64,000 nt of DNA from Thermoplasmata archaeon (lineage in GTDB: Archaea > Thermoplasmatota > SW-10-69-26 > JACQPN01 > JAJPHT01): assembly GCA_034667685.1 (NCBI GenBank), contig JAXDQU010000033.1, positions 1,769 through 65,768 of the forward strand, written 5' to 3'. The notes below the pieces were generated by a model. The model did no database searches. It had not been told where the DNA came from and saw only the letters and a list, made by a program, of their open reading frames with translations. Shown in pieces: positions 45,742 through 55,800 of the stretch. Numbering within the stretch: position 1 is the stretch's first letter; each line of letters starts with the position of its first letter. The position numbers and the translations under genes are program-made.

Positions 45742-48700
45742 GCCATCGGGGGGACCGCGGGGCAATCCGGGCTGGTCGAGCGTGCGCCATCGCGCTGGCC
45801 GCGATGATGCTGCTCCCTTCGCTGCCCACGGGGCAGGCGCAATCCACGGGCGACCCGTGGTGGGGCGCGAGCGACAAGGCGCACCCGACGCAGGGCTACG
45901 CGATCCGCGTGCCCGTCCTCGTCGAGAACGCGCTGGCGTATCCGCTCGCCAACCCGCTGGTCAGCGTCGACGTGGACTTCGGCAAGCTGCTCCTCGACGC
46001 GGGCTGGTCCTCCACGATCCGCATCGGCACCGCGCCCACGCTGACGGGCTTCACGCTCGACGAGGGCAGCATCCGCGTGGTCGACTACGGCCGCAACGGC
46101 TGGAGCGGCGGCCCCGTCAACGGCGCCTCGACGCCGCCCACCCCCGCGCAGTTCTACCCCGGCGCGTGGCACGCCGACCACGCCGCGCCCTACGGCAACC
46201 AGACGAACCCGGCGGGCACGCTGCTCATCGCGTACAAGGGCACGCTGGCGCCCCACGAGAAGCACTACTTCTACGTCTACGCCAACCCGCGTGAGTTCGA
46301 GGACGCGCCCGCCACGCCCCACCCCTTCAGCCTGGTCGACCGCGCGCCGCTCGACGCCTTCCTCTGGGGCGGCTCGCTGGGCACGACGTTCTACGGCTTC
46401 GAGCCCCAGCAGGGCGGCACGCAGCACAAGATCGACGTGCTGCCCATGACGCCCGGCGCCAGCCCCACGGTCGTGACGCTCTACACGCTCCAGAACGGCA
46501 AGTTCACGCTCGCCACCACCTCGGGCACGAACCCCGCGTACGGCTTCGTGGGCTCGCACGTCACGTTCCTCGTGCCCGCGAACACCGCGTGGAAGGTCGT
46601 CACCGACCGCCCTTCGCTCGTGGCCGCGCAGCGCGCGGGCGACGCCGGCGCGCAGACGCGCGAGATCGACGGCTTCGTGCCCGGCCTGGACGGCAGCTTC
46701 GCCGGCTCGCGCTTCGCCCTTTTCGGCGTCAAGAGCGACCAGTTCGGCGCGGCCGGCGGCAGCTATCAAATGGTGCGCGCGGGCGGCGGCAGCTTCACCG
46801 TCACGTGCACCACGCTGGCGCCGCCTCCCAGCGGCGGGTCCGGGTGCCTGGGCCAGGCCGCGACGCTCTCCCCCGCCAACACGCTCGCCACGATCGGCGT
46901 CGCGGCCGGCGCGTGGGTCGAGCTCGACGCGAGCACGCCCGAGGCGCGCTTCCTGGTCAGCCAGCACGTGCTCTCCACGTCGGCCAACGAGGGGCTCGCC
47001 GGCTACGCCGTCCCCGCGCTCACGGGCGGCCCCGAGGGCACCGAGTTCTTCGCGGCCGCGCCCAACGACGGCGGCCTCTACCGCCTCTGCGCGGACGCGC
47101 CCCTGGAGCTTCGCGCGGTGAGCTTCGCGCACCCCTCCATCCAGGCGTTCCCGGAGGGCCCGGTCGACACCACGCCGCCCCTGGGCCTCGCCGCCGGATG
47201 CGTGGACGAGGCCGCGCAGGCCACGACACCCGACGCGCCGCTCGACTTCTACAGCACGATCGACCCGCGCACCGGCGTCGACACCAGCGGCGTCCCCTTC
47301 CGCCTCTCCGTCTCCGCCACCGGCCGCCTGACCACCTCGCTGGAGCGCCCCGCGTTCGGCGCGGTGGGCGGCGTCGCGGGCCTCGACTTCCAGACCGTGG
47401 GCAAGCCCGGCCAGTACGGGCGCATCGAGGTCTTCGGCCACTACAACGGCACCGACGTCAACGTCACGATGGACCGCCTCTCCAGGACGGGGCAGGTCGT
47501 CACGACGAGCGCCATCTACCACGTGGGGGTCGACGGCGTGCTCAACGGCGCCGTCGCGCCGCTGCTCGACCCCGCGCGCGACGCGACCTCGCTCTGGCGC
47601 TATCACCTCGTCGCCTCGAAGCCGATCAGCGTCGTCTACGCGGACGACATGCAGACCGCCGACGGGAGCCAGAGCTACCCCTACGGGCGCGTCGTGCCCG
47701 CCGAGCCGGTCTCGCCCCGCGCGACCGTGCTGGGCGCCGAGTTCCGCGGTCCGCTCGTGGCGATCACCTCGCCCGACGCGCCCGGACGCAACTTCCTCTA
47801 CGAGAGCGGCGGCCCCGGCTCCGCGCTCGACTTCACGCTCGACGTGCACAACCTCGGGCGCTGGCTGGGCGGCGAGGGGCTCGCCGACACCGTGAGCCTC
47901 TCGTGCGACGCGCCCGACGACTGGAAGGTCTCGGGCTGCTCGCGCGACCTGACGATGGCGGGCGGCGAGGCGCAGCGCGTGCAGCTTTCCATCACCCCGT
48001 CCGCGGGCGACGTGAACCTGACGAAGACCGTCACCGTCATGGCGCGCTCCAGGAGCGGCGGCAGCCCCGCGCTCTTCGCCATCCGCATCCACGTCGAGGT
48101 GCGCTACGGCGTGGGCATGTGGTTCGACGTCGAAGGCGGAAGGAAGACCATCGACCCGCCCATCGGCGTCGACCCCGGCGCCACGTACCACTACGACGTC
48201 ATCGTCAAGAACACGGGCAGCACGACCGACACGTTCGAGCTCTCCGTCAAGCCGCCCGCGGAAGGCTGGACGCAGGCGCTCACGCTGGGCGGCAAGCCCG
48301 TGACGCGCGTCACGCTGGACGCCGGCGCCTCGCGCGCGCTCGACTTCGCCGTCACCGCGCCCAACCAGGAGACGGCGCCCAAGAGCTTCGTCTCCATCAC
48401 CGCGCAGTCGGACTCGGCGTTCAATGCGGGCGACGTCGTGAACACTGCGACGCAGATCCGGCCGAAGATCAGCATCAGCCTCAAGATCGACCCGCCCGCG
48501 CAGGTCGTGGCGCCCGGCGACAACGCCACGTTCAACCTCACGGTGAACAACTCGGGCAACTCCATCTTCCTCATCCGGCTCGTCAACGACAGCCAGCTTC
48601 CCGCGGGCTGGACGAGCGCGTTCAGCCTCGACCCGCCCGAGGTCAACCTCAACCCCGGCGACTCGTACAGCTTCGGCCTGGGTGTCACCCCGCCCCCGGG

Positions 48701-49826
48701 CTCGCGCGCGGGCGACCTCGCGACGCTGAAGCTCACCGCGCTCGTGGGCGAGAGCGACACCAACCTCCAGCCGGGCGACCAGGTCGGCGCGGTCGTCGTC
48801 GTGCGCCGCGTGCACGACCTCACGACGCCGAACCTGCCCGACGCCATCGCCGCGCCCAACGAGACGCTGCGCTACCTGCTGCCCATCGCCAACGCGGGCA
48901 ACGGCGACGACGCGCTCGAATTGCTATCGGGCGCCGTGAGCCCTGCGTGGCATCTCGTCAGCGACGCGCCCAGCCTCGACCTGCCCTACAACCAGACCGC
49001 GGAGCTTCCGCTCACGCTCCAGGTGCCCCCCGGCGCGCCCGCGGGCCTGACGAACCTGACCTTCACCGTGCGGCTCTCGCGCGAGGCGACGCAGAACCTC
49101 TCGATCCCGATCCAGGTCCTGCCCACCGCGCGGCTCGACGTGCGCGCGCCCGCCGACGTGCGCACGAGCCCCGGCCGCCCCACGCAGATCGAGGCGACCG
49201 TCGTCAACGTGGGCAACCTCGCGGGCGACTTCGCCTTCGCGCTCGACGCGCCCGAGGGCTGGAACGCCACCGTCGTCCCCTCGCACGCGAGCCTTGACGT
49301 GGGCGCCACGCTCCCCGTGCGCGTCCTGCTCAACGCCTCGCGCGCCGCGGAGGACGGCCGCTTCCCCGCGCGCCTGGCCGCCAGCTTCGGGGGCGCGGCC
49401 GCGGGCGGAGCCAACCTCAGCGTCGCCATCGCGCGCCCGCTGCTCGCGCTCTCCGGCGTGCAGACGACCGGCACGTTGGCGAACGGCGACCTCGTGCTCG
49501 TCAGCGCCGGCGTGCAGAACACGGGCGCCATCGACGCGGAGAACGTCACCGTGGCGCTCGTCGTGGACGGCGCCGCCGTGAGCAAGGTCGTCCTGGAGCG
49601 CGTGCCCGTCGACCAGACCAAGGTGGCGACGCTCAACTGGGTCGCCACGGGCACGCCGAAGGAGGTCCGCGTCGTGATCGACCCGCAGGGCGACGTCGTG
49701 CAGGCCAGCCGCGACCACACCGAGCAGGTCGTGACGTTCGCCTCGCGCGTCCCCGGCCCCGAGCCCGCCCTCTTCCTCGCCCTCGCCATCTCCCTCGCCC
49801 TCGTCCTGCGGAGGCGCCGCGCATGA
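45738..49826 (+). CDS. Surface protein 3 (1,362 aa): signal peptide, DUF2341-like N-domain, CARDB/NEW3-like beta-sandwich repeats, C-terminal VPGPEP plus TM plus RRRRA
   Basis: Signal-like AIALAAMMLLPSLPTGQAQS. N-domain DPWWGAS...YAIRVPVLVEN. Repeats such as YHYDVIVKNTGSTTDTFELSVKPPAEGW and NATFNLTVNNSGNSIFLIRLVNDSQLPAGW. Ends RVPGPEPALFLALAISLALVLRRRRA. Confidence 0.85.
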   Translation: MSHRGDRGAIRAGRACAIALAAMMLLPSLPTGQAQSTGDPWWGASDKAHPTQGYAIRVPVLVENALAYPLANPLVSVDVDFGKLLLDAGWSSTIRIGTAPTLTGFTLDEGSIRVVDYGRNGWSGGPVNGASTPPTPAQFYPGAWHADHAAPYGNQTNPAGTLLIAYKGTLAPHEKHYFYVYANPREFEDAPATPHPFSLVDRAPLDAFLWGGSLGTTFYGFEPQQGGTQHKIDVLPMTPGASPTVVTLYTLQNGKFTLATTSGTNPAYGFVGSHVTFLVPANTAWKVVTDRPSLVAAQRAGDAGAQTREIDGFVPGLDGSFAGSRFALFGVKSDQFGAAGGSYQMVRAGGGSFTVTCTTLAPPPSGGSGCLGQAATLSPANTLATIGVAAGAWVELDASTPEARFLVSQHVLSTSANEGLAGYAVPALTGGPEGTEFFAAAPNDGGLYRLCADAPLELRAVSFAHPSIQAFPEGPVDTTPPLGLAAGCVDEAAQATTPDAPLDFYSTIDPRTGVDTSGVPFRLSVSATGRLTTSLERPAFGAVGGVAGLDFQTVGKPGQYGRIEVFGHYNGTDVNVTMDRLSRTGQVVTTSAIYHVGVDGVLNGAVAPLLDPARDATSLWRYHLVASKPISVVYADDMQTADGSQSYPYGRVVPAEPVSPRATVLGAEFRGPLVAITSPDAPGRNFLYESGGPGSALDFTLDVHNLGRWLGGEGLADTVSLSCDAPDDWKVSGCSRDLTMAGGEAQRVQLSITPSAGDVNLTKTVTVMARSRSGGSPALFAIRIHVEVRYGVGMWFDVEGGRKTIDPPIGVDPGATYHYDVIVKNTGSTTDTFELSVKPPAEGWTQALTLGGKPVTRVTLDAGASRALDFAVTAPNQETAPKSFVSITAQSDSAFNAGDVVNTATQIRPKISISLKIDPPAQVVAPGDNATFNLTVNNSGNSIFLIRLVNDSQLPAGWTSAFSLDPPEVNLNPGDSYSFGLGVTPPPGSRAGDLATLKLTALVGESDTNLQPGDQVGAVVVVRRVHDLTTPNLPDAIAAPNETLRYLLPIANAGNGDDALELLSGAVSPAWHLVSDAPSLDLPYNQTAELPLTLQVPPGAPAGLTNLTFTVRLSREATQNLSIPIQVLPTARLDVRAPADVRTSPGRPTQIEATVVNVGNLAGDFAFALDAPEGWNATVVPSHASLDVGATLPVRVLLNASRAAEDGRFPARLAASFGGAAAGGANLSVAIARPLLALSGVQTTGTLANGDLVLVSAGVQNTGAIDAENVTVALVVDGAAVSKVVLERVPVDQTKVATLNWVATGTPKEVRVVIDPQGDVVQASRDHTEQVVTFASRVPGPEPALFLALAISLALVLRRRRA
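49810..49826 (+). promoter_or_regulatory. Translational-coupling junction: GGAGG, 8 nt, then ATGA
   Basis: cGGAGGcgccgcgcATGAtg; ATG 49823-49825 and TGA 49824-49826. Confidence 0.7.
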
Positions 49827-52800
49827 TGGAGCGCCTCCTCAAGCTCCTGCCGCAGGGCCTCAGCCGCCGCCTCGCGCGCGGCGCGGTGCCCATCGTCGTG
49901 GGCATCGTCCTCCTGATCCTCGTCGCGGGCGTGGCGCTCGCCGCGCTCGTCTCGCCCGGCACGCTGGGCCTCAGCGCCGCGCGCGTGGCCGAGACGCGCC
50001 AGCTTCCCGACACGTTCCAGGGCGCGGGCCTCGCGACGACCGACTCGGACCACGACGGCCTCCCCGACGCGCTGGAGAACTACCTCTACGGCACCGACCC
50101 CGGCCAGTGGAACAGCAGCGGCTTCGGAATCCCGGATGGCTGGCTCGCGCAGTACGGCTACGATCCGCTCTCGCCCGTGACGAAGGACGCGCGCGGCGCC
50201 GCGCCCCCGGCGGACGCGCTCGCGCAGCTCCCCGCGTACGCCAACGGCTACCCCGATTCGTATCGCCCGCCGTTGCTCGATTACTACGACCACGGCAAGC
50301 CCGCGGGCTACCAGCCCGGCCAGGACGCGCCCTGGTGGAGCAAGGCGACCGGCGTCGACCCCACGCAGTGGGACCAGGCCCACACGGGGATTCCCACGGG
50401 CTGGCTGCTGCATTACGGCCTCGACCCGCTGCACACCAACCCCGACGCCGTGGCGCCCGGCGCGAAGGGCAACCTCACGGTGCGCGAGGCGTTCACGCAC
50501 AATACGGACCCGCTGGCGCTCGACAGCGACCTCGACGGCCTCTCCGACTGGACCGAGATCCACGTCACGCGCACCGACCCCGCGAAGTTCAGCACCGCGG
50601 GCACCGGGATCGCGGACGGCTGGGCGCTCCACTTCGCCCTCAACCCGTTCGACGCCAACGCGGGCAGCCAGGACCCCGACCGCGACGGCCTGACCAACCT
50701 GGAGGAGTTCGTCTACTCCTACAATGCGTTCCGCGGCCTCGTCACGCAGCAGGGCCTTCCCGTCCTGTACGCGAAGGGCCTCGACCCGACCAACGCGCAG
50801 ACCGCCGGCACGGGCATCCCCGACGGCTGGTACGTGAAGTACAACCTCTCCCCCTTCGGCGAGGACGTCGACCGCATCATCGCCAACGCGAGCGACTGGC
50901 CCCTCGCCCGGGACCTGCCCCCCGCGGCGGCCGGCCCGCGGGCGAGCTGCACCGAGGTCGCGACGAACCCGCCCGCGCTCGGACAGCCGATCCCCGACTG
51001 CGCGATGACGATCAAGGACGCCTACCTCTACAACCGCCCCCCGTCCTGGAACGAGACGAAGGACGGCGTCTGGTGGGGCGGCACGAACCCCGCCACGGGC
51101 GACACGGACGGCGACGGCGTCCCCGACGCGATCGAGATCCGCGGCTGGTACGCCAACGAGACGCTCGACACCGGCCCCGACGCCAAGCCGCGCACGTACC
51201 TCGCCCACGGCAACCCGCTCCAGTCCGACAGCGACGGCGACGGCCTCACCGACCGCGAGGAATACCTCGGCCAGACCACGTGCGGCGCCGCCGGGCCCAA
51301 CGTCGTCCCGCGCGCGTTCCCGCCCACCAACCCGCTCAACCGCGACACGGCCTTCTCGGGCCTCACCGACCTGGAGAAGGTCTGCGGGGTGGTGCGCGGC
51401 GACGCCAAGTATGATATCACCGGCACCGCGGGCTCGCTCGATCCCACCAAGGCCGACTCGGCGGGCGACCTGATGAAGGACGGCCCGCGCCTGGAGTTCT
51501 GGGCGCAGCGCTTCGACGCCTACCGCGTCAGCCCGCTCTACCCCTACAACGGGAGCGCGTACAAGACGCTCTTCGACTGGACGAAGCTCTACCACCGCTT
51601 CGACGGTATGTCCGAGGAGCAGGTCGTCGCGCAGCTCCGCCCCGACGGCGACGTGGACGGCGACGGCATCCCCAACGTCCTCGACAGCGACCCCTCGGGC
51701 GGTCTCTTCGCGCAGGGCGACCCCGGCGCGGCCAAGACGAAGGTCTACTTCGACGCGGGCCCCAAGATGGACCCCTCGCTCTACAAGCTCACCGAGTTCG
51801 CCAGCAGCTTCCCGCGCCCCGCCACCGACCCGGCCAACCCCGACACGGACGGCGACGGCCTCCCCGACGCCTGGGAGATCCGCTACGGCACCTTCGACCC
51901 CGCGATCCACGCGGCCGGCCAGCAGGGCGGATGGAACCTCGACCCCTCGCGCGCCGACAGCGACGGCAACGGCGTGGCCGACGACAAGGAGAACCTGGAC
52001 GGCGACGTCGTCCCGTGGTACTCCTACGACGCCTCGGCGCGCGCCTCGCACAGCTACTCCTTCACCGTCAAGGACGAGTACGTCGCCGGCACGGACCCCA
52101 ACAAGCTCTCCACCACGGGCGACGGAGTCAGCGACGGCTGGAAGGCGTTCTGGGGCTCGCGCATCGACGCCGAGACGTTCCCCTCGCTCCTCTCCGCCAA
52201 CGACCCGCGCATTGGTGATAGCATCCTCAACCATCCCGCGCGCCGCGCCGAGATCGAGAAGGCGATGCTGTCCTCCCCCATCCAGCCCCTCGCGAAGCTC
52301 TCGTGCGACGCGGGCGGCTGCAAGGAGACCGGCTACGTGCGCTTCGCGTGCGATGCGGCCGACCCCTCGCAGCTTGACATCACGTGCGATCCGCTCCCCG
52401 CGGGCGCCGGGCAGGACCGCTGCGCCGCGCTGGCCGCCGCCGTCGTCCTCGACCCGACGCGCGAGCAGAAGGACGTCAACGGCTGCCTGGACGGCCCCAA
52501 CCTCAAGGGCGTCGCGACGAAGATCCTGCCCATCGAGGGCGTCTCGCGGCTGACGTACGCGGACGAGCAGCGCCTCCGCACGAACCCGTTCCTCGCCGAC
52601 ACGGACGGCGACGGCGCGCCCGACGCGTACGAAGCCTACATGCTCGGCCTCGCCAAGGCGCGCAACCCCGTCTCGACCTTCCCCGACCCGGCCAACCCCG
52701 AGACGGGCGACCGCGCCGACCCCGACAAGGACGGGCTTTCGCTCGCGGACGAGTGCCACGCCGCGGACGGCGCGTGCGCGCAATTCACCTTCAGCTTCCC

Positions 52801-55800
52801 GGACGCCAACGGCCTGCCCAAACCCTACGGCGCGGGGAGCGACCCCAACCTCGCGGACACCGACGGCGACGGCATCGAGGACGGCATCGAGGTCGCCGCC
52901 GGCACCGTCAACCCGCTGGTGCCGAAGGACGTCGACGACTTCCGCAACGCGCTCAAGGACAGCGACTGGGACGGCGTCCCCGACTACCTGGAGCTGACCG
53001 GCTTCGGCAAGACGCAATACAACTTCGATAGCAACGTGAAGACCGACCCGCAGCGCGCCTCGACCGCGGGCAACGGCCTGCTCGATGGCCCGGACCGCTT
53101 CTCCACGCAGGTGCCCACCGCGGTCGCCGCGCAGTGGAACGCGACCGGCATCGCGCACAAGACGCTCGCCAACGGCACCGTGGAGTTCTACGGCGCGGGC
53201 ACGTTCCACAGCGTGTGCGGCTGCCTGCCCACCGTGCTCGATAGCAGCGGCACGGGCATCCCCGATGGCTGGTACGCGTATTACCTGCGCAGCCCCACCG
53301 AGGGCACGCCGCCCGTCGCGCAGTACGCGCTCCACAGGCCGTCGTGGTGGGACGAGAGCCGGATGGGCGTCTGGTGGTGGGGCGCTCCGGCGGCCGCGAC
53401 GAGCGCGCCGACCGACCTCAACGGCAACGGCTTGAACGACAACAACGGCGAGGACCCCTTCCCCTCGCTCGCCAACGGCACGCTGGTCACGGCCCAGGGC
53501 ACGTTGCGCAGCCTCGACGAGGCCCGCGCGTGGGTGCTCGCGGCGCCGACGCCTGAGATCATGCGCCAGCGCGCGCAGAGCCTGGGCGACGCGCCCGGCG
53601 AGCCTGCGTTCGGCCGCGCGCAGCCGCACGATGGCGCCCGCGCGGCGAGCCAGATCACGGATCTCGTCGTGGCCAACGGCACGGGCGTCGTGGTCAAGGG
53701 TGTGCCATTCCCTGTTACGGGCAGGCTCGTCGCGGCGGGCGCGCCCGCCGCGAACCGCACGATCCTCGTCTCGATGTTCTCGCCCGACGCGGCGAAGCTC
53801 GTGGGCGCGGGCTTCACGGATGACAACGGGCGCTTCAGCTTCCAGGCCGACCTCGCGACGGGCCAGACCGTGACGATCCCCGCGGGCCGCGTGCTCCTGG
53901 GCGAGACGTCGGGCGCGGCGCTCCTGCCCTTCGATCCGGCCAGCGTCGGCGCGGGCGCGGCGACGGGCGGCATCCCCAACCAGATCGTCGTGTGGACGTA
54001 CAACACGAGCATCGCGCTCCCCCACCCGACCGCCTTCAGCGCGGCCGCGCCGGTGAACGTCACGGTCCACTCGGACACCGTCCTCGACACCACGGTCAAC
54101 CCCGTGGCGGAGAACGGCCAGACGCTCGTGGGCGACGTGCGCCTCGCCGACAAGGGGGGCGGCGCGCTCCAGGAGCCGATCAACGTCACGTGGAGCGGCG
54201 CGCCGGGCGCTGCGCCGCTGAAGCTCGCGCGCGAGACCGACCGCGCGGGCCACGTCAACCTCACGAACCTGAACCTCCCGATCTCGGTGCGCCAGCCCGG
54301 CGTCTACCGGCTGGGCGCGACGTTCGCCTCGACCGACCCCAACCTCAACAGCTCCGCGCTCGCCTTCGACATCGACGTGCGCAGCCCCGCCACGCTCTCG
54401 GTCGCCCTCTCGGCGCCGGGCGGCACGGTGGGCGACGTGCTGGGGGTGACGGGCAGCCTCGCGACGCGCGACGTGAGGCTCGTGGACGGCTCGCTCGTCC
54501 CAGGCGCGCCCGTGCCGGGCGTCACGGTCCACGTCCTCCTGGGCGCGCTCGACCAGCCCGTCACCACGGATGCCAACGGCAACTTCAGCGTCTCCTTCCC
54601 GATCCCCGCGACGCTCGCGGCCGGCCCGCAGAGCGTGCTCGCGCGCTTCGGGGGCGACGAGCTCACGGGCGCCGCGGAGGGAAGCGCGCCGCTCGCGGTG
54701 AAGCGCACCGCGCAGATCGTCGACCTGACGACGCTCGCCGGGCCGCGCTCGCTGACCAGCACGCTCGCGGGCCGCCTCGTGGACAACGCGGGCGACGGCA
54801 TCCTGGGCACGCTGAGCGCGCGCGGCGCGAAGGGCTTCCTGGGCAGCGTCGACACCGACGACACCGGCGCCTTCCGCCTCGACGTGCCCCTGGGCGCCCT
54901 GCCCCTGGGCCTCTCCAGCGTGAACGTCACGTACCCCGGCGACCGCGACCACGGCGAGGCGCAGAACCTCACCACCGCGCGCGTCACCAGCGCCACGCGC
55001 CTCGTCCTGGCGCCGCTCCCCTCCAGCCTCGTGCGCGGCCAGCCGCTCGCGATCTCCGCGCGCCTTCTCGACGACCAGGACGCGCCCGTCGCGCAGCAGG
55101 CCGTCACCGTCGCGTGGCGCGGCGAGAAGGTCGGCACCACCGTCACCGACGCGCAAGGCCGCCTCGCCTTCCAGATTCCCACGAACCTCACCGAGCGCCC
55201 CACGCTCGCGGACGTCGGCCTCGTCTTCGCCCCGCGCGCCACCTCCGTCTACCAGGGCGCCATCGCCGCGGGCCGCGTGCAGGTCCTCCAGGGCGCCTCG
55301 CTCTCGCTCGACCCGCAGCGCGTCTCGCGCGGCTTCGTCGCCGCCACCGGCAGCCTCGTCGACGACCAGGGCCACCCCCTCGCCGCCGCGCCCGTCACGC
55401 TGCGCGTCGGAGGGCTCGACTTCGGCGAGACGCGCACCGCCCGCAACGGCACCTTCCTCGTCGAGCGCCCGCTCCCGCCCGCGATCGGCCTGGGTGATAT
55501 CACGGCGCTCGCCAGCTTCCCGGGCGAGGCGGGCGTCGCGTCCGCCAACGCCACCGCGACGTGGGGCGTGCGCAGCCCGCTCAGCCTGGAGCTGACGAGC
55601 CTCGCACCGCTCGTGCGCGGCGAGACGGCCCCGCTCGAGGGGACGCTCGTGGACGACCAGGGCAGGCCCGTCGACGCGACGCTGGCGATGAGCCTCGCCG
55701 GCCAGCCCGTGGGCACGCTCGTCGCGCACGCCGGCAAGCTCAGCGGCGGAGTCGCCGTCCCCGCCGACCTCGCGCGCGGCGAGGCGACGCTCTGGATCAA

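Noticed and set aside
32956-45765. 4,269-aa minus-strand ORF antisense to giant protein 2. Similar cases: 48986-56497 (2,503 aa), 27167-32926 (1,919 aa), 22385-26842 (1,485 aa), 45207-48815 (1,202 aa), 60506-63970 (1,154 aa).
   Set aside because: Composition is dominated by Arg/Gly/Ala/Val/Asp/His runs (RRGR, GRRR...) with no signal peptides or recognisable motifs. These are the expected stop-free antisense frames of a ~72% GC gene. The sense frames show diverse composition, domain motifs and G/C third positions.
50042-52995. Thrombospondin type-3 repeats as a sign of eukaryotic contamination or horizontal transfer.
   Set aside because: GC content, codon bias and ATGA coupling to neighbouring genes are uniform with the rest of the window. 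DxDxDG Ca loops are widespread in prokaryotic surface proteins.
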